This document shows positions 1 to 9,219 of a stretch of DNA of 64,000 nucleotides, in pieces. The position numbers were made by a program, and so were the translations under genes. The stretch's first letter is position 1; each line of letters begins with the position of its first letter. Where the stretch lies: IMG/VR virus record IMGVR_UViG_3300026534_000102, positions 32,001 to 96,000 of that record; one strand, written 5' to 3'. The notes under the pieces were generated by a model that ran no database searches, was not told the origin of the DNA, and worked only from the letters and a program-made list of their open reading frames with translations. The DNA comes from a virus.

Positions 1-501
1 TCTATCTAACTTATATAAAATTTTATCTCTATACACCTTTGCCATAATAGATGCCGCTGCTATAGATAAGACAGTGTTGTCACCTTTAATTATTTGTTCA
101 TTAGTTATACCATTCTTCAAAACGTCCTTAATTTTAAAATCACCATCTATAAGAACATAGTCTACGGAAGTAGATAATCTTTTAACTGCTTCAACCATTG
201 CCAATTTCGTAGCTTCTAAAATGTTTATTTGATCTATAATCTCGTTACTAACAGCAAAAACACTACAATCACAAATTTCCAGAATCAAATCATAACACTC
301 GTTGCGTTTATTTTCACTTAATTTTTTAGAATCCCTTACCTTTCCATATAATTTATCAACCGCTGAATAAGGCACCCTTACAGCAGCAGCTACAACAGGA
401 CCTACGGCCGAGCCTCTGCCTGCCTCATCCACACCAACTATATATTTATAACCATTTGCAAAAAGTTCTGCTTCCCTATCAAATGGTGGGTAATCAGTCA
501 T
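1..501 (-). CDS. rnhB: Ribonuclease HII (3' end runs off the window)
   Basis: Not in the ORF track; read manually from ATG at 501: MTDYPPFDREAELFANGYKYIVGVDEAGRGSAVGPVVAAAV...DSKKLS...VLIDG...IIKGD...SIAAASIMAKV, which are the hallmark RNase HII motifs. The frame is open to position 1. Confidence 0.95.
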   Translation of the reverse strand, partial: MTDYPPFDREAELFANGYKYIVGVDEAGRGSAVGPVVAAAVRVPYSAVDKLYGKVRDSKKLSENKRNECYDLILEICDCSVFAVSNEIIDQINILEATKLAMVEAVKRLSTSVDYVLIDGDFKIKDVLKNGITNEQIIKGDNTVLSIAAASIMAKVYRDKILYKLDR

Positions 502-817
502 CAGAATCCTCTTTAATTGTAGTTTTAAACGCATCTAAATCACCAGTAAGAGGATGTTTCTCATCCACTTTGGCAAAATATTGTTTTTTAAGTGCTTCTA
601 ATTTAGCTGCTTTACGAGCCCGATATCTATGTTTTTTGGCTAATTCAGGTGGTAAAACTCTACGCGAGGGGAGAACTTGTCGTTCTTTTACCTTACTCTC
701 ATCCAAAGAATAAAAATCACAGGTTCTTTTTTTTGCGACCGCAACTTTAACCTTTTTGATTTTACATTTTCCGTCTTCTAAATAATTTTTACATCTACCA
801 CAACGTACATTTCTCAT
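494..817 (-). CDS. Hypothetical basic protein with N-terminal Cys cluster (possible Zn-binding)
   Basis: 107 aa with CxxC...C...C, Lys/Arg-rich; AGGAG RBS upstream; packs between its neighbours. Confidence 0.7.
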   Translation of the reverse strand: MRNVRCGRCKNYLEDGKCKIKKVKVAVAKKRTCDFYSLDESKVKERQVLPSRRVLPPELAKKHRYRARKAAKLEALKKQYFAKVDEKHPLTGDLDAFKTTIKEDSDD

Positions 818-831
818 ACCAAAAGCTCCTT

Positions 832-1440
832 TTAAATTCTATTGTGTATGCCAAGATGTCTTTGCACAGCTTTCCAGTTTTTTAACCTCAAAAACTTGCT
901 ACCATCAATATAAGCAGTATTCCAAGGTTTGTCAAGCAGACAAAGTCCTTTTCTCCATCTTTTTTTATATTTGTACAAAGAATATAAAGACTTTTCTAAG
1001 TCATCTAAGAAAAAATCCAAATTTAAAAGTCTGGCAATTTGCCCTTTTTCACCATTATGTCCTACAAAATGAACTGAATCAAACACCAGTTTATTTTTTC
1101 TCAACCAGTTTATAGTTATATCTTTAAATGCCTCACTTCTACTTGTAATAAAATGAATACTGTGGCTATTATGTTTTAACATCCTAATAATTTTCTGGGC
1201 TTCTTTATCCACAGGAGCCGATAATAAGGTTTTTTCATTATAAGCTTTCTCTAAAAAAAATTGAGTTACTTCGTCTACATGTCCGTGAACATCATTTATT
1301 TTAAAATTATAATCTTCAATAAATTTAAAAATTAAATCCAAACTTTCTTTCTTAGTCAACTCATATTCTTCAGAAAGTTCATCAGCAATCCTCTGGGATA
1401 ACAAACATACTACCTCATCTATATCAAATCCAAGCCTCAT
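832..1440 (-). CDS. HAD-superfamily 5'(3')-deoxyribonucleotidase-like protein
   Basis: N-terminal FDIDEV (DxD), ITSR motif II, FLDD motif IV, KPWN end motif; AGGAGG RBS. Confidence 0.85.
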   Translation of the reverse strand: MRLGFDIDEVVCLLSQRIADELSEEYELTKKESLDLIFKFIEDYNFKINDVHGHVDEVTQFFLEKAYNEKTLLSAPVDKEAQKIIRMLKHNSHSIHFITSRSEAFKDITINWLRKNKLVFDSVHFVGHNGEKGQIARLLNLDFFLDDLEKSLYSLYKYKKRWRKGLCLLDKPWNTAYIDGSKFLRLKNWKAVQRHLGIHNRI

Positions 1441-1451
1441 GTATCCTCCTT

Positions 1452-3185
1452 TTATAATTCACACTTACCAGTACTGCAACGTACCGTCTCTGTGTCAGCA
1501 TTACTATCCATATTACCAGATTTAATATGTTTTTTTAATTCCTCTTTAGACACTTTATTCAAAACTTGTCCTTCTCGACTTCCATCTATATACACTGTAA
1601 CACCTTTGAGATCATAAATATATTCTAAAGTAAGATCACTTAGTTCCTCAGTAGTAGTCCCTGCTGGCATATTAATAGTTTTTGACACCGCTCCATCAGT
1701 ATATTTCTGCACAACAACTTGGGTTTCAAAATGATCAGTAGGCACAAGATCATCCGTATCAACAAACCAATCAGAAACATCTTTTGGATTTTCATTTTTA
1801 AGTATTGACTCGTACAGTGGATGAACGTAAATACGATCGCTAACTCTATCAGAACGCTTATATGCTTTTCTAAATAAAGGTTCAATACCAGATGTAACTT
1901 CTGGTAATAAACTAATAGTACCAGTTGGCGCCATAGCCATTAAAGTAACATTTCGAGTACCATGTTTTTTTATTTTCATTCTAAGAGACGCAGGCAAGCT
2001 TCTTATAAAATGTGCTTTTCCATACTGTGCAGCATCAAATTTTGGAAAGGCACCCTTTTCAATAGCTAATTCAACTGAGGCCTCATACGCCGTATCTCTA
2101 ATAAAACGCATAAGCCTTTCAATTTCATAAATGGCTTTTTTAGATCCATATCTTAATTTTTTAGCAAATAAGTATTCAGCTAAGCCCATAACCCCGAGCC
2201 CTATTCGACGAGCATTGTGTGCTTTAATATCTATTTCTCGTAAAACATATTTATTAATATCTATAATATTATCAAGAAATCTTACAGCTAATTTAATCAC
2301 CCTTTCAAGTTTTTTCCAATTAGTATTAACACTACCTGTAATAAAATTAGGAAGAACTAAAGAACCAAGGTCACACACACCGTAGCTGGCTAAGGGGACT
2401 TCTCCGCAAGGATTGGTCGATAATATGGGATCAAAATAGTACGAATTGTTACTTGTAAGATTTCCCCAATGTAATAGCCCTGGTTCAGCACACTTTACCA
2501 TGTTTTCTATAATCTTATCCCATATAACTCTGGCCCCCACTTTACCATAATCTTGCTGAGCAAAAGTAAATTTCCAATCTGCGTTACTCTCGACGGCTTC
2601 TAAAAATTTATCATCTACAGCTACGGATAAATTGAAATGATCTAATTTTCCATGAACTAATTTAGCATCAATAAATTCAAGTATATCTGGATGTGAAACA
2701 TGCATTCCGGCCAAAGCAGCTGCACGGCGAGAACCGCCAGATTCAATTGTTTTTGATACAGCATTAGCAGCTTCAAGAAAACTTACAGGACCAGAAGAAA
2801 CGCCGCCTTTGCCTCTAATTATGGCTCCTCGTGGTCGTAAGTGAGAGATGTTTACACCGACCCCACCCCCCTCACTCCAAAGAATTAAGGAGTCTTTAAT
2901 ATACTGACCTATTTCTTCAATGGAATCTCCGCAGGGAAGCACATAACAATTAAATAAAGAGCCTCTGGGCCTACCAATATTTCTTAAAATTCTTCCGCCG
3001 GGCAAAAAATCCAAACCACTTATCATTTCAAAAAAGTTGTCTATAAATATTTGTTTTTGACCATTTTCTACAGAAGCAGCATAGGTAGCAAGGCGTAGCG
3101 CAAGTTGTGGCCAAGTTTCTCCCTCCATAAAATATCGTTCCTCTGCTATTTTTAGTGCACTTTCAGACAAATTCTTTTTTGTCAT
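1452..3185 (-). CDS. nrdJ: Class II (adenosylcobalamin-dependent) ribonucleotide reductase
   Basis: FLPGGRIL, LFNCYV, EGGGVG, TNPCGE (thiyl Cys), RRIGLGVMG, APTGTISL, SKTIN and a C-terminal CSTGKC redox pair. No beta-subunit gene nearby. Start placed at MTKK (3185) after GGAGG rather than at 3230. Confidence 0.92.
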   Translation of the reverse strand: MTKKNLSESALKIAEERYFMEGETWPQLALRLATYAASVENGQKQIFIDNFFEMISGLDFLPGGRILRNIGRPRGSLFNCYVLPCGDSIEEIGQYIKDSLILWSEGGGVGVNISHLRPRGAIIRGKGGVSSGPVSFLEAANAVSKTIESGGSRRAAALAGMHVSHPDILEFIDAKLVHGKLDHFNLSVAVDDKFLEAVESNADWKFTFAQQDYGKVGARVIWDKIIENMVKCAEPGLLHWGNLTSNNSYYFDPILSTNPCGEVPLASYGVCDLGSLVLPNFITGSVNTNWKKLERVIKLAVRFLDNIIDINKYVLREIDIKAHNARRIGLGVMGLAEYLFAKKLRYGSKKAIYEIERLMRFIRDTAYEASVELAIEKGAFPKFDAAQYGKAHFIRSLPASLRMKIKKHGTRNVTLMAMAPTGTISLLPEVTSGIEPLFRKAYKRSDRVSDRIYVHPLYESILKNENPKDVSDWFVDTDDLVPTDHFETQVVVQKYTDGAVSKTINMPAGTTTEELSDLTLEYIYDLKGVTVYIDGSREGQVLNKVSKEELKKHIKSGNMDSNADTETVRCSTGKCEL

Positions 3186-3198
3186 ATAATTACCTCCT

Positions 3199-3645
3199 TT
3201 ATCTACCTGTGTGACCAAACCCGCCAACACCTCTATTTGTAACTTCTAAATTATCTACTTCTAAAAAATATCCTGTATAAACAGGTGAAAACTTCATTTG
3301 TGCTATTCTATCGCCTTTATTAATTTTGACAACATCATCACTTAAATTAATCATTGGAAGTTTTAGCTCCCCTCTATATTGAGAATCTATAGTTCCAACA
3401 CCATTTACCATAACTAGTCCTTGCCTCAAAGATAAACCACTACGAGATCTAATTTGTGCTTCAAATCCAGGTGGAATTTGAATAGCAATTCCAGTACAAA
3501 TTAGTTGCCTCTCCATAGATGTTAATATAACGCCCTCTACACTGTAAAGATCACAACAAGCATCTCCATCAAATGCATATGTTGGAACTATAGCATCCTT
3601 ATGGAGACGTTTAAATAAAACTTTTAAATTCCTACCAACTTCCAT
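3199..3645 (-). CDS. dut: Trimeric dUTPase
   Basis: DACCDL, RSRSG, GTIDSQYRGE, RIAQ and RGVGGFGHTG match the five dUTPase motifs. Confidence 0.96.
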   Translation of the reverse strand: MEVGRNLKVLFKRLHKDAIVPTYAFDGDACCDLYSVEGVILTSMERQLICTGIAIQIPPGFEAQIRSRSGLSLRQGLVMVNGVGTIDSQYRGELKLPMINLSDDVVKINKGDRIAQMKFSPVYTGYFLEVDNLEVTNRGVGGFGHTGR

Positions 3646-3648
3646 ATC

Positions 3649-6600
3649 TTAAATCTCCTTTTTACACTTATTGCAAATCAATTTTGTTTTGTATTTCTTA
3701 TCTGGAACAAAAATCATTTCATCATTTCCACAATCACATTCACTTTTCAACCAACAAGGCCCAATTAAAGCATCAGTTTCCATAGGAATTTTGTGGAAGT
3801 AATGTCCAAACCCATCAATTAATGAATTTGCTACAAGTTTACCCACGTCATGTCTTTCTTCATGTTTACACTCTACAACTACTTCATCATGAACTGTTAA
3901 TATCAATTTAGCATCATAAGAGCTTTTTTCTAGTCTGTCAACTAAGTAAATCATAGATTGTTTAATAGTATCTGCATTTGAATTGTGGACTAACACACCA
4001 TTAGCTGTAAAATAATGAATATTATTGCACATTAAATCATAAGTCTTTTCTTTTCCTTTATAACTTATGTGTTTTTTCTTACAAAAATCAAAATTCAAAA
4101 ACCGAGAAAGTAGTTGTTTATTCGGTCCATTAGGAAGTTTATAATAAAATTTTCTCCAACTCACATAAGAACTTTTACCTAACTTAAATCTTCTTAAATG
4201 TGCTTTCTCTGGAAAGGACAATGATGCATAACGATCTTTGTTTTCCCTGAATGTTTTTTCTATAAGTTTTGGTATAAACTCAGGCACAACACCCCCATCA
4301 CCAAACATTGGAATGGAACTTTCTTCGTCAAGAATTTTATCTTTAATTTTTGTAGAAAAACCCACATATTTTTTAAATCTACTATTAAATCTTTTAGGAA
4401 TCTGTATTTTATAAACTCTATCATATATTTTCAAGTTAGAATTTATACCTAACGAAAATAGAAGTTGATGTACTGACTTTGCAAGCTGTTCAGAAGTAGT
4501 AGTAAAACTTGGACCTGATTCTTTAGTCATCTCACCACCTGTTGAAAACAGCCCATTTAACAAGGCCCCTTTATTTTCTATAGTTTCAGTATGAAAATAA
4601 TCAGGAATAGCTTTTTTATGATGAGACACATAATCAAGCCCTATATGTTTTAGAAAGCCACGTATTACTACAGAATTAACTTGTGACCAGGGTAACGGGT
4701 CCCTATTGGCATCATTTTTATGGCGCATCCTTATTTTTGATTTATACCCGAACTGATCGTACACCGCATTATTAAATTTCTCAAATAGCTCTTTTTGATT
4801 TTGTGGACAAACAAAAGCAAAGTGGTTGTGTTTTGTGTAACTACCGTTCCCTATCAGACACCCTATAATAAAAGCCAAATCAGCATTCATTTTAGAAGGT
4901 AAATTATAATTTACATAAGTTTCTCGGCGGTGGCCTTTTTCATACTTAAATCCTGACAAATTAGTAGTTCGGCCTGAAACAATATTTAAAGGAATTATTA
5001 ACAAATCGTCTTCTTCTAAGTCAGCTACCTTTACATCTTCTATATTATAATTGTCACCATATTGCTTGCATATGGGAATTTTATGATCCGATGTAATATC
5101 CAGTGTAGCTCCATTAGATAAAGTAAGTGTGAATACCTCCTTTTCTCCAGAATATACTCCAATAGCATTATCACTGCCTATACCTGTTTCTAAAGAACAC
5201 TGTACATTCTTAAGAGAGCCTATCTTACCCTGCCCTTTAATTATAGTATCGAATGACAAGCAACCTTGAATAGGGGCATTTTTAGCCCTGCGTTCAACAC
5301 TACTTTTTAATCTCCCGAAATCTGGATTGCCATACTCTGGTAAAGTGTAATATCTTTTTCTTCCGCTTATAGATCTGCTAAACCTATTCATGACTGCGTC
5401 TTTAGCAGCTTTTTCTAAATATTTTTTAACTCCTCTGTATCTTTTAAAGTATGTTGTTATCATCTGATCAGCTTTTGCTTCAGATATTTTTAGCCGCCGC
5501 GCGAGACCATATTTAGAAAGTCCATAACAATTATGAACCACAAAACCATTTGCAAGAAAATATGGATGTTCTTCTACAGATATATCATATACTTTCTTTA
5601 ATCCTTTACTTTTTATAGATCTGATTTCCAAAGGAACTATGCCTTTTTCGTAAAGCATCTTAAAAAGAGAATCATATTTAGAAAGCTCTTTTAAATAAAT
5701 ATCTCCGACAGAATCAGAAAATCTGCTTTTATAAAACCTGTCCTTTAATTGTTTACTTATTTCATAATTATGTACTGTGTGGTCTATTCTATCTTTATAT
5801 TTGCCAATAAAATATGAGGAAACATTATAATGCACTTCACTCTTACACTTACAATTTTTTAAATCTGTAACAAACCCAATATATTTAATAAACAATTCAG
5901 AACTATTTTGAGATATAACAGATAAAACATAATATGTATTATTATATCCTTCACGAGATTCCTCTATGATAGAAGACACAATACCTAAGTTTAAAAGCAT
6001 TAATTGTACGTCTTTAACAAGGTTATAAGAAGCACTACTATAGGTTATCTTATAACCAGCCCCATTTAACTTTACAGAACCATCCCCTTCGAATAACCAC
6101 TTTAAAAACTCTGTTTGATAACCTAAAGGTGCCCTTTTAATACAGCCCGGAACACCAACATCAAAAGTTTTATTTTTATTATTTATATCACAAACATTAA
6201 CAAGCCATTCTGCAAACAGTACTGAATTAATAGTATATCTTGTATACGTTCCCTCAGTCTTAGAAATGCGATCCTTAAATAAACGAAACAATAATTTATC
6301 TATTTTTGAAATGAATTCTTTATTTTCATTACTAAACCCAAAGGAAACAGTACTATAATGTTCGCGCCCTTTGGCTTTAAGTATACTTCCCTCAGCCACA
6401 AACAACCCTAAAAAAGCAGCTACATCTTTATTCATTTCATCTGGCAAAGGCATAGGTTTATAATTGGTTCCTTCAACTACTTTAAAATCACCAAATTTTG
6501 GTAACATTTCTGGAAACAAAAAAGAACCTTTTTTAATACAAATCAAGTCTTGTTTTATATCAATTTTATTTAATGGAACATCTACATACTCTCCATTAGC

Positions 6601-8112
6601 ATTTATAACTTTAACTATGTGATCAGAAGTTAACTCAATAGAATAACCGTATTTAGTCTGTATTTCGAAAACTTCCTTTTCTCCCATATATTGTTTATCT
6701 ATTATTTGATTGCTACCAAAATCATGTGCCACTACATCGTTCAAGTTGCTATGTATAATTTTTTTTATTCCACCGTTAGTAATAAGTTGAGTATCTGCAG
6801 TGGTACAAAGACCGAAGTTGATCGCCTTGGCAGCATTTCTCATATCCTTTGTAACTTTATCCATTGAAACATTAAAAACTTCAGATGCAGTTCGAGTATG
6901 TAGATCAATTCCAGTAGCGTAACATTCTATAAACACTGGGTCAGCAGACAAATTACCTAAAATACGTAATTCGGCACCAGACATGTCTGCTGTAATTAAA
7001 GAATTACCTTCTTCTGCTATAAAACATGATCTATATAATTGTTTCTTGGGTATGTTTTGTAAATTAGGACGGGCGCTGCTCATCCTTCCAGTAGAAACCA
7101 TTTGTTTGAAATCAGTATGTAGCCGGTTTGTAACTGAATGAATCTGATTTAACAATGCCTCGCCATAAGTTGAAATTAATTTATTTGCTTTTCTATATTT
7201 TAATAAGGTATCTATAACTGGAATCCCTTGAAATTTAGTTAGTGTGGCTTCATCTGTGCTATCAATGTTTGACAAACCATGATGACTCAATGCTTCTTTT
7301 AATTGGATTGGGCTATCAATATTAACCGAAGGCACACCAAATAAAAACCCTTGATCGGAACCCTTTGAAAGCATCTTAGATATATCAAAATGTAGTTTTT
7401 CCCGTTGCTCAGCAATGTTCTCCATTATAAGGTGCCATTTATCCACATCTATTTTAATTCCATTTAATTCCATTTCACACATAGGCTTAGTAAACTCAAA
7501 TTCAAGTCTGGCAGCATCTGTAAGTCCTTCTTTAACAATTTGACCCCATTGTAGTTCTTTTATGGTTGATAAAACCACCACGTCATTAGCAGCATATTCT
7601 AATTGAAAAGGTTTAAATTTTTGATAGTAGTCCTTAAACGTGTGGGCTGGTTCTTTTGGCATTGTTATGCCTAAATATTTTTTAACTAACTTTGCCAAGG
7701 ATGCACCAGCAAAAACTTTTCCCAAGCCCAGTAATTGTTCAATAAGCATAAGATCCACGATATTATTTATATAAAAACCATGATTAGCTTTTATCAATTT
7801 CATATCAAACACAGCATTTTGCAATAATTTTTGAATATGTGGATTTACTAATAAAGGCTCAAATAATGACAAGTCAACATTACTGAAATCTGTGTCTGAC
7901 CTTACATCAAACACATACACCTTCGTTGGGGTTCCAATTTGAAGTAATGACACCTTAGCATAAAATGGATCCAAATCAGTAGCCTCAGTATCAATAGCAA
8001 TACGATCAAACTTGCTTATCTCACTAAGAGCAGTCCGTGCTTTTTCTTCCGAAACAATGTAATCATACTCCGGTTTCGGCAGATAAATCTCTTTTGTTTC
8101 TACTAAAGACAT
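3649..8112 (-). CDS. polA: Family A DNA polymerase (3'-5' exonuclease plus polymerase, no 5' nuclease) containing two inteins; about 634 aa after splicing
   Basis: Exonuclease motifs DTEAT, NAVFD, YAANDV; polymerase motifs TGRMSS..PNLQNIP, ADMSGAELR (A), R..AKAINFGL|CYG (B), NAPIQG|SNAD, TVHDE (C). Confidence 0.95.
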   Translation of the reverse strand: MSLVETKEIYLPKPEYDYIVSEEKARTALSEISKFDRIAIDTEATDLDPFYAKVSLLQIGTPTKVYVFDVRSDTDFSNVDLSLFEPLLVNPHIQKLLQNAVFDMKLIKANHGFYINNIVDLMLIEQLLGLGKVFAGASLAKLVKKYLGITMPKEPAHTFKDYYQKFKPFQLEYAANDVVVLSTIKELQWGQIVKEGLTDAARLEFEFTKPMCEMELNGIKIDVDKWHLIMENIAEQREKLHFDISKMLSKGSDQGFLFGVPSVNIDSPIQLKEALSHHGLSNIDSTDEATLTKFQGIPVIDTLLKYRKANKLISTYGEALLNQIHSVTNRLHTDFKQMVSTGRMSSARPNLQNIPKKQLYRSCFIAEEGNSLITADMSGAELRILGNLSADPVFIECYATGIDLHTRTASEVFNVSMDKVTKDMRNAAKAINFGLCTTADTQLITNGGIKKIIHSNLNDVVAHDFGSNQIIDKQYMGEKEVFEIQTKYGYSIELTSDHIVKVINANGEYVDVPLNKIDIKQDLICIKKGSFLFPEMLPKFGDFKVVEGTNYKPMPLPDEMNKDVAAFLGLFVAEGSILKAKGREHYSTVSFGFSNENKEFISKIDKLLFRLFKDRISKTEGTYTRYTINSVLFAEWLVNVCDINNKNKTFDVGVPGCIKRAPLGYQTEFLKWLFEGDGSVKLNGAGYKITYSSASYNLVKDVQLMLLNLGIVSSIIEESREGYNNTYYVLSVISQNSSELFIKYIGFVTDLKNCKCKSEVHYNVSSYFIGKYKDRIDHTVHNYEISKQLKDRFYKSRFSDSVGDIYLKELSKYDSLFKMLYEKGIVPLEIRSIKSKGLKKVYDISVEEHPYFLANGFVVHNCYGLSKYGLARRLKISEAKADQMITTYFKRYRGVKKYLEKAAKDAVMNRFSRSISGRKRYYTLPEYGNPDFGRLKSSVERRAKNAPIQGCLSFDTIIKGQGKIGSLKNVQCSLETGIGSDNAIGVYSGEKEVFTLTLSNGATLDITSDHKIPICKQYGDNYNIEDVKVADLEEDDLLIIPLNIVSGRTTNLSGFKYEKGHRRETYVNYNLPSKMNADLAFIIGCLIGNGSYTKHNHFAFVCPQNQKELFEKFNNAVYDQFGYKSKIRMRHKNDANRDPLPWSQVNSVVIRGFLKHIGLDYVSHHKKAIPDYFHTETIENKGALLNGLFSTGGEMTKESGPSFTTTSEQLAKSVHQLLFSLGINSNLKIYDRVYKIQIPKRFNSRFKKYVGFSTKIKDKILDEESSIPMFGDGGVVPEFIPKLIEKTFRENKDRYASLSFPEKAHLRRFKLGKSSYVSWRKFYYKLPNGPNKQLLSRFLNFDFCKKKHISYKGKEKTYDLMCNNIHYFTANGVLVHNSNADTIKQSMIYLVDRLEKSSYDAKLILTVHDEVVVECKHEERHDVGKLVANSLIDGFGHYFHKIPMETDALIGPCWLKSECDCGNDEMIFVPDKKYKTKLICNKCKKEI
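3982..5262 (-). mobile_element. Intein 2 in DNA polymerase (427 aa, degenerate LAGLIDADG endonuclease)
   Basis: Starts CLSFDTII after NAPIQG; block B DITSDH; ends TYDL...FTANGVLVHN|S. Endonuclease helices read IGCLIGNGS and LNGLFSTGGE. Confidence 0.95.
5530..6807 (-). mobile_element. Intein 1 in DNA polymerase (426 aa, LAGLIDADG homing endonuclease, apparently intact)
   Basis: Starts CTTADTQL after NFGL; block B ELTSDH; LAGLIDADG helices LGLFVAEGS and LKWLFEGDGS; ends VYDISV...FLANGFVVHN|C. It splits polymerase motif B. Confidence 0.95.
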
Positions 8113-8115
8113 AAA

Positions 8116-9201
8116 TCACCTATTATATTTCTTAACTACAGAAACAATCTTATACATAATATTTATTAACAACGTGTCAGCTAATTTTCCTGTATCAGGA
8201 GAAAGATAGGAGGAAAGCAAAGTTAAAATTTCGCTGAACTTATCACCCTCTTTTACTGTTCTGGCGCCCTTTAGACATGCTAAAAAATAAAAAGCTACTG
8301 CTATTCTGACATTGTCTGCACCTTTTGTTTTTACTTTATCATAAAGTGATATTGCTTCCTTAAACTTGGCTTTATTTAAAGATCTACAAATCTCTATTAT
8401 CTGTGGATCTACTTCTTCAACTAATGTTCCAATAATTTTTTTTGCCACATCTAATTCCCAGCTACCATCGTCAATCACTTGTCGTAACCATTTAAGGGCT
8501 TTTCTGGGAATACCAGCTGCTTCGTCAGCTAAGTAAGTTATAACCTCTTTTTTATATTCAACCCCTTCCCACACACAAACTTCGCTTAATAATTGAAAAA
8601 TGTCTTCTGACGCAATTGGACCAAAATGCATTGTATAGCATCTATCAAGAAAAGCTTCCCCATCCTTTTTATTTTTACGAGTTTTAAGCTTTTCTGGATG
8701 ATTTGTACAAAAAATATAGTACACATGCTCATATCCATCTTCTATAGGTTTTAATAATAAATCTTGCGCAGCATCAGTAAGTTTATGAGCTTCATCAAAA
8801 ATCAAAACTTTATACCGTGTATTAAACGGTGCGGATGGTAAATCTGACACAATCTTATCGACATCTCCCTTGCCACCTGTCTGACCTACATTTATTTCCA
8901 ATACATCCACACTATTATAATCAATAACGGATTTACATGAAGGACATTTTAAACATGGGGTTGAAGTAGGCCCATTAAAGGACTCACAATTTAATCCTGT
9001 AGCAATAATTCTAGCCATCGTGGTTTTCCCACACCCAGCAGGACCAGTAAATAACAGAGTATGCGGCAAAGTTCCAGTGTCCAATCCTTTTTTTATAATC
9101 CTTTTATTAGAGACGTTTCCCAGAAGGTGTTCTAATTTATAAGGTCTATAAACTACATGTAAATCTCTGGAACCAGTAGCACTTTCATATTTAAAAATCA
9201 T
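8116..9201 (-). CDS. dnaX: Clamp loader, DNA polymerase III gamma/tau-like AAA+ subunit
   Basis: YRP, Walker A GPAGCGKTT, LNC...PCLKCPSC Zn module, Walker B IFDEAH, LLK.IE, and DRC at the SRC position. Confidence 0.92.
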   Translation of the reverse strand: MIFKYESATGSRDLHVVYRPYKLEHLLGNVSNKRIIKKGLDTGTLPHTLLFTGPAGCGKTTMARIIATGLNCESFNGPTSTPCLKCPSCKSVIDYNSVDVLEINVGQTGGKGDVDKIVSDLPSAPFNTRYKVLIFDEAHKLTDAAQDLLLKPIEDGYEHVYYIFCTNHPEKLKTRKNKKDGEAFLDRCYTMHFGPIASEDIFQLLSEVCVWEGVEYKKEVITYLADEAAGIPRKALKWLRQVIDDGSWELDVAKKIIGTLVEEVDPQIIEICRSLNKAKFKEAISLYDKVKTKGADNVRIAVAFYFLACLKGARTVKEGDKFSEILTLLSSYLSPDTGKLADTLLINIMYKIVSVVKKYNR

Positions 9202-9219
9202 TTGTGTGTATTAAACTCC

